From the NCBI GenBank assembly GCA_965655095.1, contig OZ296656.1, forward strand, positions 9,548,001-9,612,000: DNA of 64,000 nucleotides. Reading direction: 5' to 3'. Under the pieces are notes generated by a model. It was not told the DNA's origin, did no database searches, and saw only the letters and a list, made by a program, of their open reading frames with translations. Below are positions 12,831 through 28,126 of the stretch, in pieces; positions within the stretch are counted from its first letter, which is position 1, and every line of letters begins with the position of its first letter. A program made the translations under genes and the position numbers. The DNA comes from Haplodiscus bocki. Lineage: Eukaryota.

Positions 12831-15800
12831 ACCCCTCGCACTTCAAAGCCATCACACTTTCATCCCATGAAAACTTCAAACTAAATAAAACTGAGCCCCT
12901 AGCGAATTCATCCCATACAATTTCCACTCATTGCATTTGATACCTATCAACTTTTCAGCCCATGACAGTGTGAACCCATTAAATGTTCATTTCCTTAAAA
13001 CACCATTCTATGATATTTCAACCACTTGCACTTTACACCCATCAGAAATTCATCCATTGATAATTTCACCCCAATAAAAAATTGAACCCCTTACCATTTC
13101 AACCCATACAATATCAACCCTTAGCTGTTCAAACCCATCAAACTTTCATGCCATGCCAATTTCACCCCAATAAAAACTCAAACCCGTACGAATTATTCAC
13201 ATACAACTTACACCCTTGCACTTTACACCCATCACAGCTTAATTTAATGACAATTTCAAGCCCATAAGATTTCAATCTTTTACAATTTCATCCAAGACAA
13301 CTTCAACTCATTGCAATTTAAACCCTTCACATTTTCAGCCCATGACAATGTCAAATCATTAAAAAGTAAATTCCTTAAAATCACCCCATAAAACCTCAAC
13401 TCCCTGCAATTTGAAACAATCACTTTTTCAGCTCATTACACAGTCACATCATTAAGTGTTCAACTCCCTAAAAAATCATCCTATCAAACTTCAACCACTT
13501 GCACTTTACACCAATCACACATTCATCCCATGACATCTTCACCCCATTGAAAATTGAACCCCTAACCATTCCATCCCAAACAATTTGAGACCCCTTGCAC
13601 TTCAAAGCCATCACACTTTCAACCCATGACATTTTCAACCCAATAAAAACTGAACCCCTAACGAACTCATCACATACAATTTCAGTTCATTGCATTTGAT
13701 ACCCATCATTTTTTTGGCCCATGACAGTGTCACCGCAAAAAATGTTCAACTCCTCAGAAAAACAACTCAAAAAGATGTAACCACTTGCTTTTTACACCCA
13801 TCACAATTTCATCTCATGACATTATCACCCCATTAAAGATTGACCCATTTACTATTTCATCCAATACAATTTCGAACCCTCGCACTTCAGACCCATCACA
13901 CGTTCATCACACGCCAAATTCACCCAAATAATAACTCAACCCCGTACGAATTAATCACGTACAACTTCAACCCTTGCACTTTACACCCATCAGAGTTTAA
14001 TCCCATGACAATTTCAAACCACTAAAACTTCAGTCCCTTAAAAATTTATCCCATAGAACTTCAATTCGCTGCAGTTTACACACAAGATTTTCAGTCCATG
14101 ACAGAGTCAATCCATTAAAATGTCAACTCCTTATAACATCCTCCTATGAAACATCAACCACTTGGACTTTAGACAAATCACAGTTTCATCCAATGACATT
14201 TTCACCCCATTTAAAATTGAACCTCTTACCAATTCATCCCCTACAATTTCAAACCCTAGCATTTCAAACCAATCACACTTTCATCCAATGGTAATTTCAC
14301 CCCAATAATAACTCGACCCCGTAGGAATTAATCACGTACAACTTCAACCCTTGCACTTTACACCCGTCACAGACTTAACCCATGACATTTTCAACCCAAT
14401 GAAGTTTCAATCCCTTACAACTTTTTCATCACAAGCAACTTCATCTCATTGCAATTTAAACCCATCACTTTTTCAGTCCAAGACATTGTCACCCCATTAA
14501 ATGTTCAATTCATCAAAAAATCAACATAAAAGTCTTCAACCTTTTGCACTTTACACTCATCACAATTTCAACTCATGGCATTTTCACCCCATTAAAAAAT
14601 GACCACCTTACCATTTCATCCCATACAATTTCAAACCCTCGCACTGCAAACCAATCACACTTTCATCCCATGCGAATTTCACCCCAATAATAACTCAACC
14701 TAGTACGAATTAATCACGTACAACTTCAACCCTTGCACTTTACACCCATCAGCGTTTAATCCCATGAGGATTTGAACCCATTAAAATTTCAATCCCTTGA
14801 AAATCTATCCCATACACCTTCAACTCATTGCAGTTTAAACCGATCACTTTTTCAGCCCATGACAGTGTCACCCCAATAAAAAGTCAACTCCTTGAAAAAT
14901 CATCCTATAAAACTTCAACCCGTTGCAATTTACATCCTTCATAATATCATCCCATGACACTTTCATCCCATTGAATATTGAATTCCTTACAAATTCAACC
15001 CATACAATTTCAAGCCCTCGCACTTTAAACGCATCACACTTTCATTCCATGACAATTTCATTCCATGACATTTTTAACTTAATGAAAACTCAACCCTTTA
15101 CGAATTCATCACAAAAAATTTCAAACCTTGCACTTTACACCCGTCAAAGTTTCATCCCATGAAATTTTCAAACCATTATAACAACAACCTTTTAAGATTT
15201 CATCCCTTAATTCTTCAAACCCTTGCACTTTAAGCCGACCACATTAACAGACCCTGACAATCTCACCCCAATACAATTTTAACCCCTTACAATTTCATCC
15301 AAAACATTTTCAACCGATTGCAATTTGAACCCTTCACTGTTTCAGCCCAACCCACGTTGACTCCACTAAAAACTCAACATTTATAAATCCATCCCATACT
15401 ATTTCCACCCCTTGCAGATTACACCCATCACACTTTCGTATCATGGCAATTTCATCCCATTCAATTTCGATACCTCGCCTTTTACACCCACCGCACTTTC
15501 ATCCCTTGACAATTTCATCTAATAACAATTTCACCTCGATGAAAACTCAACTCCTTACAAATTCACCACTTACAACTTCAACCCTTGCAATTTACACCCA
15601 TCAAAGTTTCATCCCATGACATTTTCAGCCCATTATAAGCTCAATCCCACACAAGTCCATCCCATACAATTTCAACTCCTGGCAGTATAACCCCATCACA
15701 AGTTCATCCCTATGGGATCTTCAGCCCACGATAACATCAACCCCTTAAAATTTCATTCTCAAGAATCAATTCCACTGCACTTTGAACCCACCACATTTTC

Positions 15801-18800
15801 CGACCCTGACAGTTCCATCCCTTGTATTTTCAACGACTTGCACATTGAAACCTTCAAAATTTTAATCCACGACATTTTCATTCCATTCAAAAATCAACAA
15901 TTACAAATTCATCACAAACAACTTCATCGCACTTTTAGCCCATAACATTTTCATCCCATGACAACCTCTTCCAATGGCAATTTCATCCCAATAAAATTTC
16001 AACCTGTAACGAATTCATCACATACAATATCAACCCCTGCAAGTTGCAACTATCACAGTTTCATGTCATCACAATTTCCTCGCATTAAAATTTCAAACCC
16101 AGACAATTTCAACCCAAACAATTTTAGCTCCTTGCACTTCAAACGGTCACATTTTGATCTCGTGACCTTTGAACACCATACAAAATTCGATCCCGCAAAA
16201 TTTCATCCCAAGCAACTTCAACTCCTTGCAATTTAAATCCACCACAATTTTTCAGCCCGTGACAGTGTCACCCCATTAAAATTTCAACTCCTTAGAAACT
16301 CATCTTATAAATATTCCACCACTTGCACTTCACACACATCACTCTTCCAACCCATGAAAGTTCCAACCCATTAAAAATTCAAACCCTTACGTTTTCATCC
16401 CATAAAAAATCAACCCTTGCAGTTTACATCCATCACAATTTCATGCTTTGACTATTTAACCCCATAAAAATTTCAACCCTTTACACTTTCGTCCAGTACA
16501 ATTTTAATTTCTAGCACTTCTTTCCATCACTTTTTCAGACCAATAAAAACTCATTGCAGTACAATTTCATGCTATACATCTTCAACACTTTGCATTTTAG
16601 ATACACCACAATTTCAAACACAGACAATTTTACCACATTACAAAGCCCTCCCTTACCATTCCATCTCATACGACTTCAAATCCTTGCACCTTAAACCCAT
16701 CACAAGTTCATCCCATGACATCATCAACCCACTATAATCTCAACCCCTTAAAATTTAATTCTTAAGAGTCCAGTCCCCAGCACATTAAACCCACCTTATT
16801 TTCAGACCCTGACAGCTCCATCCCATTTATTTTTAACGCCTTGCACATTGAAACCTTCAATATTTCAACCCATGACCCTTTCACTCCATTAGAACTTCAA
16901 CAATTACAAATTCATCACACACTATTTCAACCCCTCGCACTTCAAAGCCATCACACTTTCATCCCATGAAAACTTCAAACTAAATAAAACTGAGCCCCTA
17001 GCGAATTCATCCCATACAATTTCCACTCATTGCATTTGATACCTATCAACTTTTCAGCCCATGACAGTGTGAACCCATTAAATGTTCATTTCCTTAAAAC
17101 ACCATTCTATGATATTTCAACCACTTGCACTTTACACCCATCAGAAATTCATCCATTGATAATTTCACCCCAATAAAAAATTGAACCCCTTACCATTTCA
17201 ACCCATACAATATCAACCCTTAGCTGTTCAAACCCATCAAACTTTCATGCCATGCCAATTTCACCCCAATAAAAACTCAAACCCGTACGAATTATTCACA
17301 TACAACTTACACCCTTGCACTTTACACCCATCACAGCTTAATTTAATGACAATTTCAAGCCCATAAGATTTCAATCTTTTACAATTTCATCCAAGACAAC
17401 TTCAACTCATTGCAATTTAAACCCTTCACATTTTCAGCCCATGACAATGTCAAATCATTAAAAAGTAAATTCCTTAAAATCACCCCATAAAACCTCAACT
17501 CCCTGCAATTTGAAACAATCACTTTTTCAGCTCATTACACAGTCACATCATTAAGTGTTCAACTCCCTAAAAAATCATCCTATCAAACTTCAACCACTTG
17601 CACTTTACACCAATCACACATTCATCCCATGACATCTTCACCCCATTGAAAATTGAACCCCTAACCATTCCATCCCAAACAATTTGAGACCCCTTGCACT
17701 TCAAAGCCATCACACTTTCAACCCATGACATTTTCAACCCAATAAAAACTGAACCCCTAACGAACTCATCACATACAATTTCAGTTCATTGCATTTGATA
17801 CCCATCATTTTTTTGGCCCATGACAGTGTCACCGCAAAAAATGTTCAACTCCTCAGAAAAACAACTCAAAAAGATGTAACCACTTGCTTTTTACACCCAT
17901 CACAATTTCATCTCATGACATTATCACCCCATTAAAGATTGACCCATTTACTATTTCATCCAATACAATTTCGAACCCTCGCACTTCAGACCCATCACAC
18001 GTTCATCACACGCCAAATTCACCCAAATAATAACTCAACCCCGTACGAATTAATCACGTACAACTTCAACCCTTGCACTTTACACCCATCAGAGTTTAAT
18101 CCCATGACAATTTCAAACCACTAAAACTTCAGTCCCTTAAAAATTTATCCCATAGAACTTCAATTCGCTGCAGTTTACACACAAGATTTTCAGTCCATGA
18201 CAGAGTCAATCCATTAAAATGTCAACTCCTTATAACATCCTCCTATGAAACATCAACCACTTGGACTTTAGACAAATCACAGTTTCATCCAATGACATTT
18301 TCACCCCATTTAAAATTGAACCTCTTACCAATTCATCCCCTACAATTTCAAACCCTAGCATTTCAAACCAATCACACTTTCATCCAATGGTAATTTCACC
18401 CCAATAATAACTCGACCCCGTAGGAATTAATCACGTACAACTTCAACCCTTGCACTTTACACCCGTCACAGACTTAACCCATGACATTTTCAACCCAATG
18501 AAGTTTCAATCCCTTACAACTTTTTCATCACAAGCAACTTCATCTCATTGCAATTTAAACCCATCACTTTTTCAGTCCAAGACATTGTCACCCCATTAAA
18601 TGTTCAATTCATCAAAAAATCAACATAAAAGTCTTCAACCTTTTGCACTTTACACTCATCACAATTTCAACTCATGGCATTTTCACCCCATTAAAAAATG
18701 ACCACCTTACCATTTCATCCCATACAATTTCAAACCCTCGCACTGCAAACCAATCACACTTTCATCCCATGCGAATTTCACCCCAATAATAACTCAACCT

Positions 18801-21042
18801 AGTACGAATTAATCACGTACAACTTCAACCCTTGCACTTTACACCCATCAGCGTTTAATCCCATGAGGATTTGAACCCATTAAAATTTCAATCCCTTGAA
18901 AATCTATCCCATACACCTTCAACTCATTGCAGTTTAAACCGATCACTTTTTCAGCCCATGACAGTGTCACCCCAATAAAAAGTCAACTCCTTGAAAAATC
19001 ATCCTATAAAACTTCAACCCGTTGCAATTTACATCCTTCATAATATCATCCCATGACACTTTCATCCCATTGAATATTGAATTCCTTACAAATTCAACCC
19101 ATACAATTTCAAGCCCTCGCACTTTAAACGCATCACACTTTCATTCCATGACAATTTCATTCCATGACATTTTTAACTTAATGAAAACTCAACCCTTTAC
19201 GAATTCATCACAAAAAATTTCAAACCTTGCACTTTACACCCGTCAAAGTTTCATCCCATGAAATTTTCAAACCATTATAACAACAACCTTTTAAGATTTC
19301 ATCCCTTAATTCTTCAAACCCTTGCACTTTAAGCCGACCACATTAACAGACCCTGACAATCTCACCCCAATACAATTTTAACCCCTTACAATTTCATCCA
19401 AAACATTTTCAACCGATTGCAATTTGAACCCTTCACTGTTTCAGCCCAACCCACGTTGACTCCACTAAAAACTCAACATTTATAAATCCATCCCATACTA
19501 TTTCCACCCCTTGCAGATTACACCCATCACACTTTCGTATCATGGCAATTTCATCCCATTCAATTTCGATACCTCGCCTTTTACACCCACCGCACTTTCA
19601 TCCCTTGACAATTTCATCTAATAACAATTTCACCTCGATGAAAACTCAACTCCTTACAAATTCACCACTTACAACTTCAACCCTTGCAATTTACACCCAT
19701 CAAAGTTTCATCCCATGACATTTTCAGCCCATTATAAGCTCAATCCCACACAAGTCCATCCCATACAATTTCAACTCCTGGCAGTATAACCCCATCACAA
19801 GTTCATCCCTATGGGATCTTCAGCCCACGATAACATCAACCCCTTAAAATTTCATTCTCAAGAATCAATTCCACTGCACTTTGAACCCACCACATTTTCC
19901 GACCCTGACAGTTCCATCCCTTGTATTTTCAACGACTTGCACATTGAAACCTTCAAAATTTTAATCCACGACATTTTCATTCCATTCAAAAATCAACAAT
20001 TACAAATTCATCACAAACAACTTCATCGCACTTTTAGCCCATAACATTTTCATCCCATGACAACCTCTTCCAATGGCAATTTCATCCCAATAAAATTTCA
20101 ACCTGTAACGAATTCATCACATACAATATCAACCCCTGCAAGTTGCAACTATCACAGTTTCATGTCATCACAATTTCCTCGCATTAAAATTTCAAACCCA
20201 GACAATTTCAACCCAAACAATTTTAGCTCCTTGCACTTCAAACGGTCACATTTTGATCTCGTGACCTTTGAACACCATACAAAATTCGATCCCGCAAAAT
20301 TTCATCCCAAGCAACTTCAACTCCTTGCAATTTAAATCCACCACAATTTTTCAGCCCGTGACAGTGTCACCCCATTAAAATTTCAACTCCTTAGAAACTC
20401 ATCTTATAAATATTCCACCACTTGCACTTCACACACATCACTCTTCCAACCCATGAAAGTTCCAACCCATTAAAAATTCAAACCCTTACGTTTTCATCCC
20501 ATAAAAAATCAACCCTTGCAGTTTACATCCATCACAATTTCATGCTTTGACTATTTAACCCCATAAAAATTTCAACCCTTTACACTTTCGTCCAGTACAA
20601 TTTTAATTTCTAGCACTTCTTTCCATCACTTTTTCAGACCAATAAAAACTCATTGCAGTACAATTTCATGCTATACATCTTCAACACTTTGCATTTTAGA
20701 TACACCACAATTTCAAACACAGACAATTTTACCACATTACAAAGCCCTCCCTTACCATTCCATCTCATACGACTTCAAATCCTTGCACCTTAAACCCATC
20801 ACAAGTTCATCCCATGACATCATCAACCCACTATAATCTCAACCCCTTAAAATTTAATTCTTAAGAGTCCAGTCCCCAGCACATTAAACCCACCTTATTT
20901 TCAGACCCTGACAGCTCCATCCCATTTATTTTTAACGCCTTGCACATTGAAACCTTCAATATTTCAACCCATGACCCTTTCACTCCATTAGAACTTCAAC
21001 AATTACAAATTCATCACACACTATTTCAACCCCTCGCACTTC
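12831..21042. repeat. Direct tandem duplication of 4099 bp (12831-16929 / 16930-21028), apparently identical
   Basis: Five ORF pairs have identical translations at offset 4099 (13082/17181, 13840/17939, 14923/19022, 15712/19811, 15958/20057). ACCCCTCGCACTTC occurs at 12831, 16930 and 21029. Confidence 0.95.
13150..14900. repeat. Older ~380-bp (4-monomer) periodicity nested inside the 4099-bp unit
   Basis: TTAATCACGTACAACTTCAACCCTTGCACTTTACACCC at 13951, 14328 and 14710 (spacings 377 and 382), with a related copy at 13193 (758 upstream). Boundaries are approximate. Confidence 0.8.
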
Positions 21043-24000
21043 CAACCCATAACACTTTCATCCCATGACAACTTCATCCAATAACATTTTCATCCAATGA
21101 CAATTTCTCTCCAGTAAAATTTCAACCCTTAACGAATTCATCACATACAACTTCAACCCGTTGCACATCAAACCCGTAACACTTTCATCCCATGACAATT
21201 TCACCGAATGACATTTTCACGCCAATAAAAACTCAACCCTTGTCGAATTCATCACATACAATTTCAACCACTGCACTTCACCTATCATAGTTTCATCCCA
21301 TGGCAACTTCAACCCATTAAAAAATCAATCCCGCACAATTTCATTCCATACAACTTCAACGCCTTGCACTTCTATTCCATCACTTTTTCAACCCCTGACT
21401 TTTTCACCCCATTGAAATTTCAATCCCGCAAAATTTCATCCCAAGCAACTTCAACTCTTTGCAATTTAAATCCACAACAATTTTTCAACCCGTGACAGTG
21501 TCACCCCATTGAAAATTCAATGCCGCACAATTCCATCCCAAGCAACTTCAAATCCTTGCAATTCAAACCCAGCACTTTTTCAGCCCGTGACAGTGTCACC
21601 CCATGAAAATTTCAACTCCTTAGAAACTCATCCCATAAATCTTCAACCACTTGAACTTCACACACACCACAATTCCAACCCAAGAAAAATTCAACCCATC
21701 AAAAATTGAACCCCTTACATTTTCATCCCATAAAAATTTCAACCCCTTACACTTTCGTCCTTTACAATTTCAACCTCTAGCACTTCCTTCCATCACTTTT
21801 TCAGCCCAATAAAAACTCATTGCAGTACAATTTCATGCCATACATCTTCAACCCTTTGCATTTTAGATCCACCACAATTTCAAACCCAGACAATTTTACC
21901 CCATTACAAAGGCCACCCCTTACAATTCCATCTCATACAACTTCAAAACCTGGCACCTTAAACCCATCACAAGTTCATCCCATGGCATCTTCAACCCACT
22001 ATAACCTCAATCCTTTGAAATTTATTTCTTAAAACTCCAGTCCTCAGCACTTTGAAGCCACCAAATTTTCAGATCCTGACAGCTCCATCCCATATAAATT
22101 CAGCGCCTTGCACATTGGAACCTTCAATAATTCAACCCATGATGCTTTCACTCCATTAGAAATTCAACAATTACAAATTCATCACACACAATTTCAACCC
22201 CTCGAACACCCAACCCAAAACACTTTCATCCCATAACGATTTCAACCAATGACAATTTCGCCCCAGTAAAAGTTCAACCCTTAATTAATTCATCACATAC
22301 AACTTCAACCCGTTGCATATTAAAACCGTAACACTTTCATCCCGTGACAATTTCAACGAATGACAACTTCACTCCAATAAAAACTCAACCCTTATCAAAT
22401 TCATCACATGCAGTTTCAACCACTGCACTTCAATTATCACAGTTTCATTCCATGGCAACTTCAACCCATTAAAAGTTCAATCCCGCACAATTTCCTCCCA
22501 TACAACTTCAACGCCTTGCACTTCTATTCCACCACTTTTTCAACCCATGATTTTTTCGCCCCATTGAAACTTCAATCCCGCAAAATTTCATCCCACGCAA
22601 CTTCAAATCCTTGCAAATTAAAACCAGCAATTCTTCAGCTTGTGACTATGTCACCCCATTTAAAGTTCAGCTCCTTAGAAACTCGTCCCAATTAATCTTT
22701 AACCACTTGCACTTCACACACATCACCCTTCCATCCCATGAAAGTTTCAACCCATTAGAAATTGAACCCGTGACGTTTTCATCCCATACAAATTCAACCC
22801 TTGCACTTTACGTCCATCACATTTAAATGCCACGACTTTCTAACCCCATAAAGTTTCAACCCTTTACAATTTCGTCCCATACAATTTCAACCTCTAGCAC
22901 TTCTTTCCATCACTTTTTCAGCCCAATGAAAACTCATTGCAGCACAATTTCATGCCATACATCTTCAACTCCTTGCATTCTAGATCCACCACAATTTCAG
23001 ACCCTGACAATTTGACCCCATTATAATTGCCACCCCTTACAATTTCATCTCCTACAACTCCAATTACTTGGACCTTAAACCCATCACAGTTTCAACACAT
23101 GGCAATTTCAACCCATTAAAACGTCAACCCTTTGAAATTTCATTCCTTAAACCTTCGACCCCTTGCACTCTTCACCCATCACAGTTTCATCCCATGACAT
23201 TTTCAACCCAAAAAAATTTCAACCTTTTACACTTTCGTCCCATACAATTTCAACCCCTTGCAGTTTAACCCCATCACAAGTTTAACCCCTGCACATCCCT
23301 ATGGGATCTTCAGCCCACGATAACATCAACCACTTAAAATTTCATTCTCAAGAATCAATTCCACTGCACTTTGAACCCACCACATTTTCCGACCCTGACA
23401 ATTCCATCCCATGTATTTTCAACGACTGGCACATTTAAACCTCCAATATTTGAATCCATGACGCTTTCACTCCATTCAAAAATCAACAATTACAAATTCA
23501 TCACATACAATTTGAACCCCTCGCACTTTCAGCCCAAAACACTTCCATCCCATGACAATTTCATTCATTGACAATTTCACCCCAATAAAAACTCAACCCT
23601 TAACGAATTCATCACATACAGATTCAACCCCTGCAAATTGCAGCTATCACAGTTTCATGTCATCACAAATTCGTCGCATTAAAGATTCAACCCCATACAA
23701 TTTCAACCCAAACAATTTTAGCCCCTCTCACTTCAAACAGTCACATTTTGATGCCGTGACATTTTCACACCATAAAAAACTCAATCCCGCAAAATTTCAT
23801 CCCAAGCAACTTCAACTCTTTGCAATTTAAATCCACCACAATTTTTCAACCCGTGACAGTTTAACCCCATTGAAAATTCAATGCCGCACAATTTCATCCC
23901 AAGCAACTTCAAATCCTTGCAATTCAAACCCAGCAATTTTTCAGCCCGTGACAGTGTCACCCCATGAAAATTTCAACTCCTTAGAAACTCATCCCATAAA

Positions 24001-26300
24001 TCTTCAACCACTTGCACTTCACACACACCACATTTCCAACACAAGAAAAATTCAACCCATCAAAAATTGAACCCCTTACATTTTCATCCCATAAACATTT
24101 CAACCCTTTACACTTTCATCCTTTACAATTTCAACCTCTAGCACTTCCTTCCATCACTTTTTCAGCCCAATAAAAACTCATTGCAGTACAATTTCATGCC
24201 ATACATCTTCAACACTTTGCATTTTAGATACACCATAATTTCAAACCCAGACATTTTTACCACATTACAAAGCCCTCCCTTACCATTCCATCTCATACAA
24301 CTTCAAATCCTTGCACCTTAAACCCATCACAAGTTCATCCCATGACATCTTCAACCCACTATAATCTCAACCCATTAAAATTTAACTCTTAAGAGTCCAG
24401 TCCCCAGCACATTAAACCCACCTTATTTTCAGACCCTGACAGTTCCATCCCATATACTTTCAACGCCTTGCACATAGGAACCTTCAATAATTCAACCCAT
24501 GACCCTTTCACTCCATTAGAAATTCAACAATTACAAATTCATCACACACAATTTCAACCCCTCGCACTTCCAACCCATAACACTTTCATCCCATGACAAC
24601 TTCATCCAATAACATTTTCATCCAATGGCAATTTCGCTCCAGTAAAATTCAACCCTTACCGAATTCATCACATACAACTTCCACCCGTTGCACATTAAAC
24701 CCATAACACTTTCATCCCATGACAATTTCACCGAATGACATTTTCTCGCCAACAAAAACTCAACCTTTATCGAAAACATCAGATACAATTTCAACCACTG
24801 CACTTCACCTATCACAGTTTCATCCCATGGCAACTTCAACTCCTTGCAATTTAAATCCACCACAATTTTTCAACACGTGACAGTGTCGCCTCTTTGAAAA
24901 TTCAATGCCGCACAATTTCGTCCCAAGCAACTTCAACTCCTTGCAATTCAAACAGAGCAATTTTTCGACCCGTGGAAGTGTCACTCATTAAAAATTCAAC
25001 TCCTTAGAAACTCATCCCATAAATCTTCAACCACTTCCAATTCACACACATCACTCTTCCATCCCATTAAAGTTTCAACCCATTAAAAATTGAACCCCTT
25101 ACATTTTCATTCCATAAAAATTCAACCATTGCACTTTACATCCATCACAATTTCATGCCTTGACTATTTAACCCCATAAAAATTTCCACCCTTTACACTT
25201 TCGTCCTTACAACTTCAACCTCTAGCATTCTTTCCATCACTTTTTCAGACCAATAAAAACTCATTGCAGTACAATTTCATGCCATACATCTTCATCCCTT
25301 TGCATTTTAGATCCACCACAATTTCAAACCCAGACATTTTCACCACATTACAAAGGCCCCCCCTCACCATTCCATCTCATACAACTTCAAATCCTTGCAC
25401 CTTAAACCCATTACAAGTTCATCCCATGGCATCTTCAACCCACTATAACCTCAATCCCTTGAAATTTAATTCTTAAAACTCCAGTCCTCAGCACTTTGAA
25501 GCCACCACATTTTCAGATCCTGACAGTTCCATCCCATATATTTTCAACGCCTTGCACATTGGAACCTTCAATAATTCAACCCATGACGCTTCCACTCCAT
25601 TAAAAACTTAACAATTACAAATCCATCGCATGCAATTTCAACCCCTCTCACTTCCAACCCATAACACTTTCATCCCATGACAATTTCATCCAATGACAAT
25701 TTCGCCCCAGTAAAAGTTCAACCCTTATCAAATTCATCACATGCAGTTTCAACCACTGCACTTCACCTATCACAGTTTCATTCCGTGGCAACGTCAACCC
25801 ATTAAAAGTTCAATCCCGCAAAATTTCATCCCACGCAACTTCAAATCCTTGCAATATAAAACCAGCAATTCTTCAGCTTGTGACTATGTCACCCCATTTA
25901 AAGTTCAGCTCCTTAGAAACTCGTCCCAATTAGTCTTTAACCACTTGCACTTCACACACATCACCCTTCCATCCCATGAAAGTTTCAACCCACTAGAAAT
26001 TGAACCCGTTACGTTTTCATCCCATACAAATTCAACCCTTGCACTTTACGTCGAGCACATTTACATGCCATGACTATTTAACCCCATAAAAAATACAACA
26101 CTTCACAATTTCGTCCCATATAATTTCAACCTCTAACACTTCCATTTGATAACTTTTTCAGCCCAATAAAAACTCATTTCACCAGTTTTTCATGCCATAC
26201 AACTTCATTTCCTTGCACATCAGGTCCACCACAATTTAGGACCCTGACTACTTCACTCCATTAAATTTGCAACCCCTTAAAATATCATCTCCTAGAACTC
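20640..26300. repeat. Decayed variable-length ~0.9-1.25-kb HOR
   Basis: CAATRAAAACTCATT landmark at 20640, 21807, 22924, 24168, 25251 and 26164 (spacings 1167, 1117, 1244, 1083, 913). Paralogous ORFs 21509/23870, 21820/25264 and 22408/25741. Confidence 0.8.
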
Positions 26301-28126
26301 CAAATACTTGTACCATAAACCCGTCACAGATTAGGCCCATGGCAATTTCACCCCTTTATAACGTCAGCCCTTAAACCTTCATCCCTTAGAACTTCAACCC
26401 CCTGCCCTTTAAACCCATCAGATTTTCATTTCAATCCAGGTTCTATCCACTAAAACCTCAACCACTTGGAAGCATAACCGACAAAATTTCAATCCTTACA
26501 CTTTATATACAACACCCTTTCATCCCATGACAATTCCACTCCAATAAAAACTCAACCCGTTACAATGTTTTCGTAACAACTACAACCCTTAAAACTCAAA
26601 CCAGTCACAATTTCATCCGATGACCTTTTCCCCCATTTAAAAACTGAAACCCGCACAATTTCATCCCAAGAAACTTCAACTCCTTGCAATATAAACGCAG
26701 CAGTTTTTCAGCCCATGGCTGTATCACCCCTTTAAAAGTTCAACTCCTTAGAAACTCATCCCATAAATCTTCAACCACTTGCACTTTACACCCATCAAAC
26801 TTTCAACCCATGAAAGATTTCAACCCAATAACAATTAAACTCCTTACGAATTCATCACATACATCTTCAACCCTCGCACTTTACTCCCATCACGATTTCG
26901 CCCCATGGCAATTTCACCCAGTTTCAACGTCAACAACTCAAAACTCCACCCCTTAAAACTTTAACCCCTTGCACTTTAAAACCATCACAATTTCACTCCA
27001 AGCCAACTTCAACGTTCTAAAACCTCAACCCTTTGGTATACAGCCCAAAAAATCTCAATCCTTGCACTTTATAATAAGCACCATTTCGTCCCATGACAAT
27101 TCCACTTCATTAGAAACTCAACACCTTACATTTTCTTTATTAACAACGGCAACCCCTTGAACTTCTAACCTATCAAAACTTCATCCCATAACATTTTCAT
27201 ACCAATAAAAACTCAATCCCTCACAATTTTTTTCCATACAACTTCAAACCCTTGCACCTTACACCCATCACAATTTCATCCCATGGCTGTTTCTTCCCAA
27301 TATAAGGTCAACCCTTTAAAATTCCATCACATAAAATTTCAATATCTGGCACTTTGAACCCATCACAATTTCATCCGATGGCACCCTCACTCCACTAAAA
27401 CCTCAAACATTTAAAAGTACATCCCATAAAATTTCTACAGTTGCACTTTATATTCAACACCATTTCATACCATGACAATTCCACTCCATTAGAAACTGAT
27501 AAACTTATCCCCTTACACTTTCTTTATTAACAACTACAAACCCTTGATTTTCAAACCTATCACAATTTCATCCCATGACAAATTCACTCCATTGGAAACT
27601 CAATCCCGCACAATTTCAACCCTCAAAACTTCAAGCCCTTGCATTTCAAACCCACCAAATTTTCAGACACTGACAATATCACCCCATTACAACTGCAGCC
27701 CCTTACATTTTCATCCCATACTGTTTCCAGCCCTTGCACATTACACCGATCACATTCTCATCCGATGGCAGTTTCACCCAATTAAATGCAAAACCAAGTA
27801 AAATTTCACCCCATAAAGCTGTAAACCTTGCGCTTCATAGTCAAAACCATTTCATTCCATGACAAGTCCAGCCCACTAAAAGCTCATCCACTTACATTTA
27901 CTTCATAAACATATTCGAACCCTTGAACTTCAAAACCATCAGAATTTCATCCCATGACATTTTCATCGTGTTGAAAACTTAATCCAGCACAATATCATTC
28001 CATACTACTTCAAATCCTTGCAGTTTACACCCATCACATTTTCAGACCCTAACAAATTGAACCCATTACAACTGCAGCCCGTTAAATTTTCATCTCATAC
28101 AACTTCAAAACCTTGCACCTTAAACC

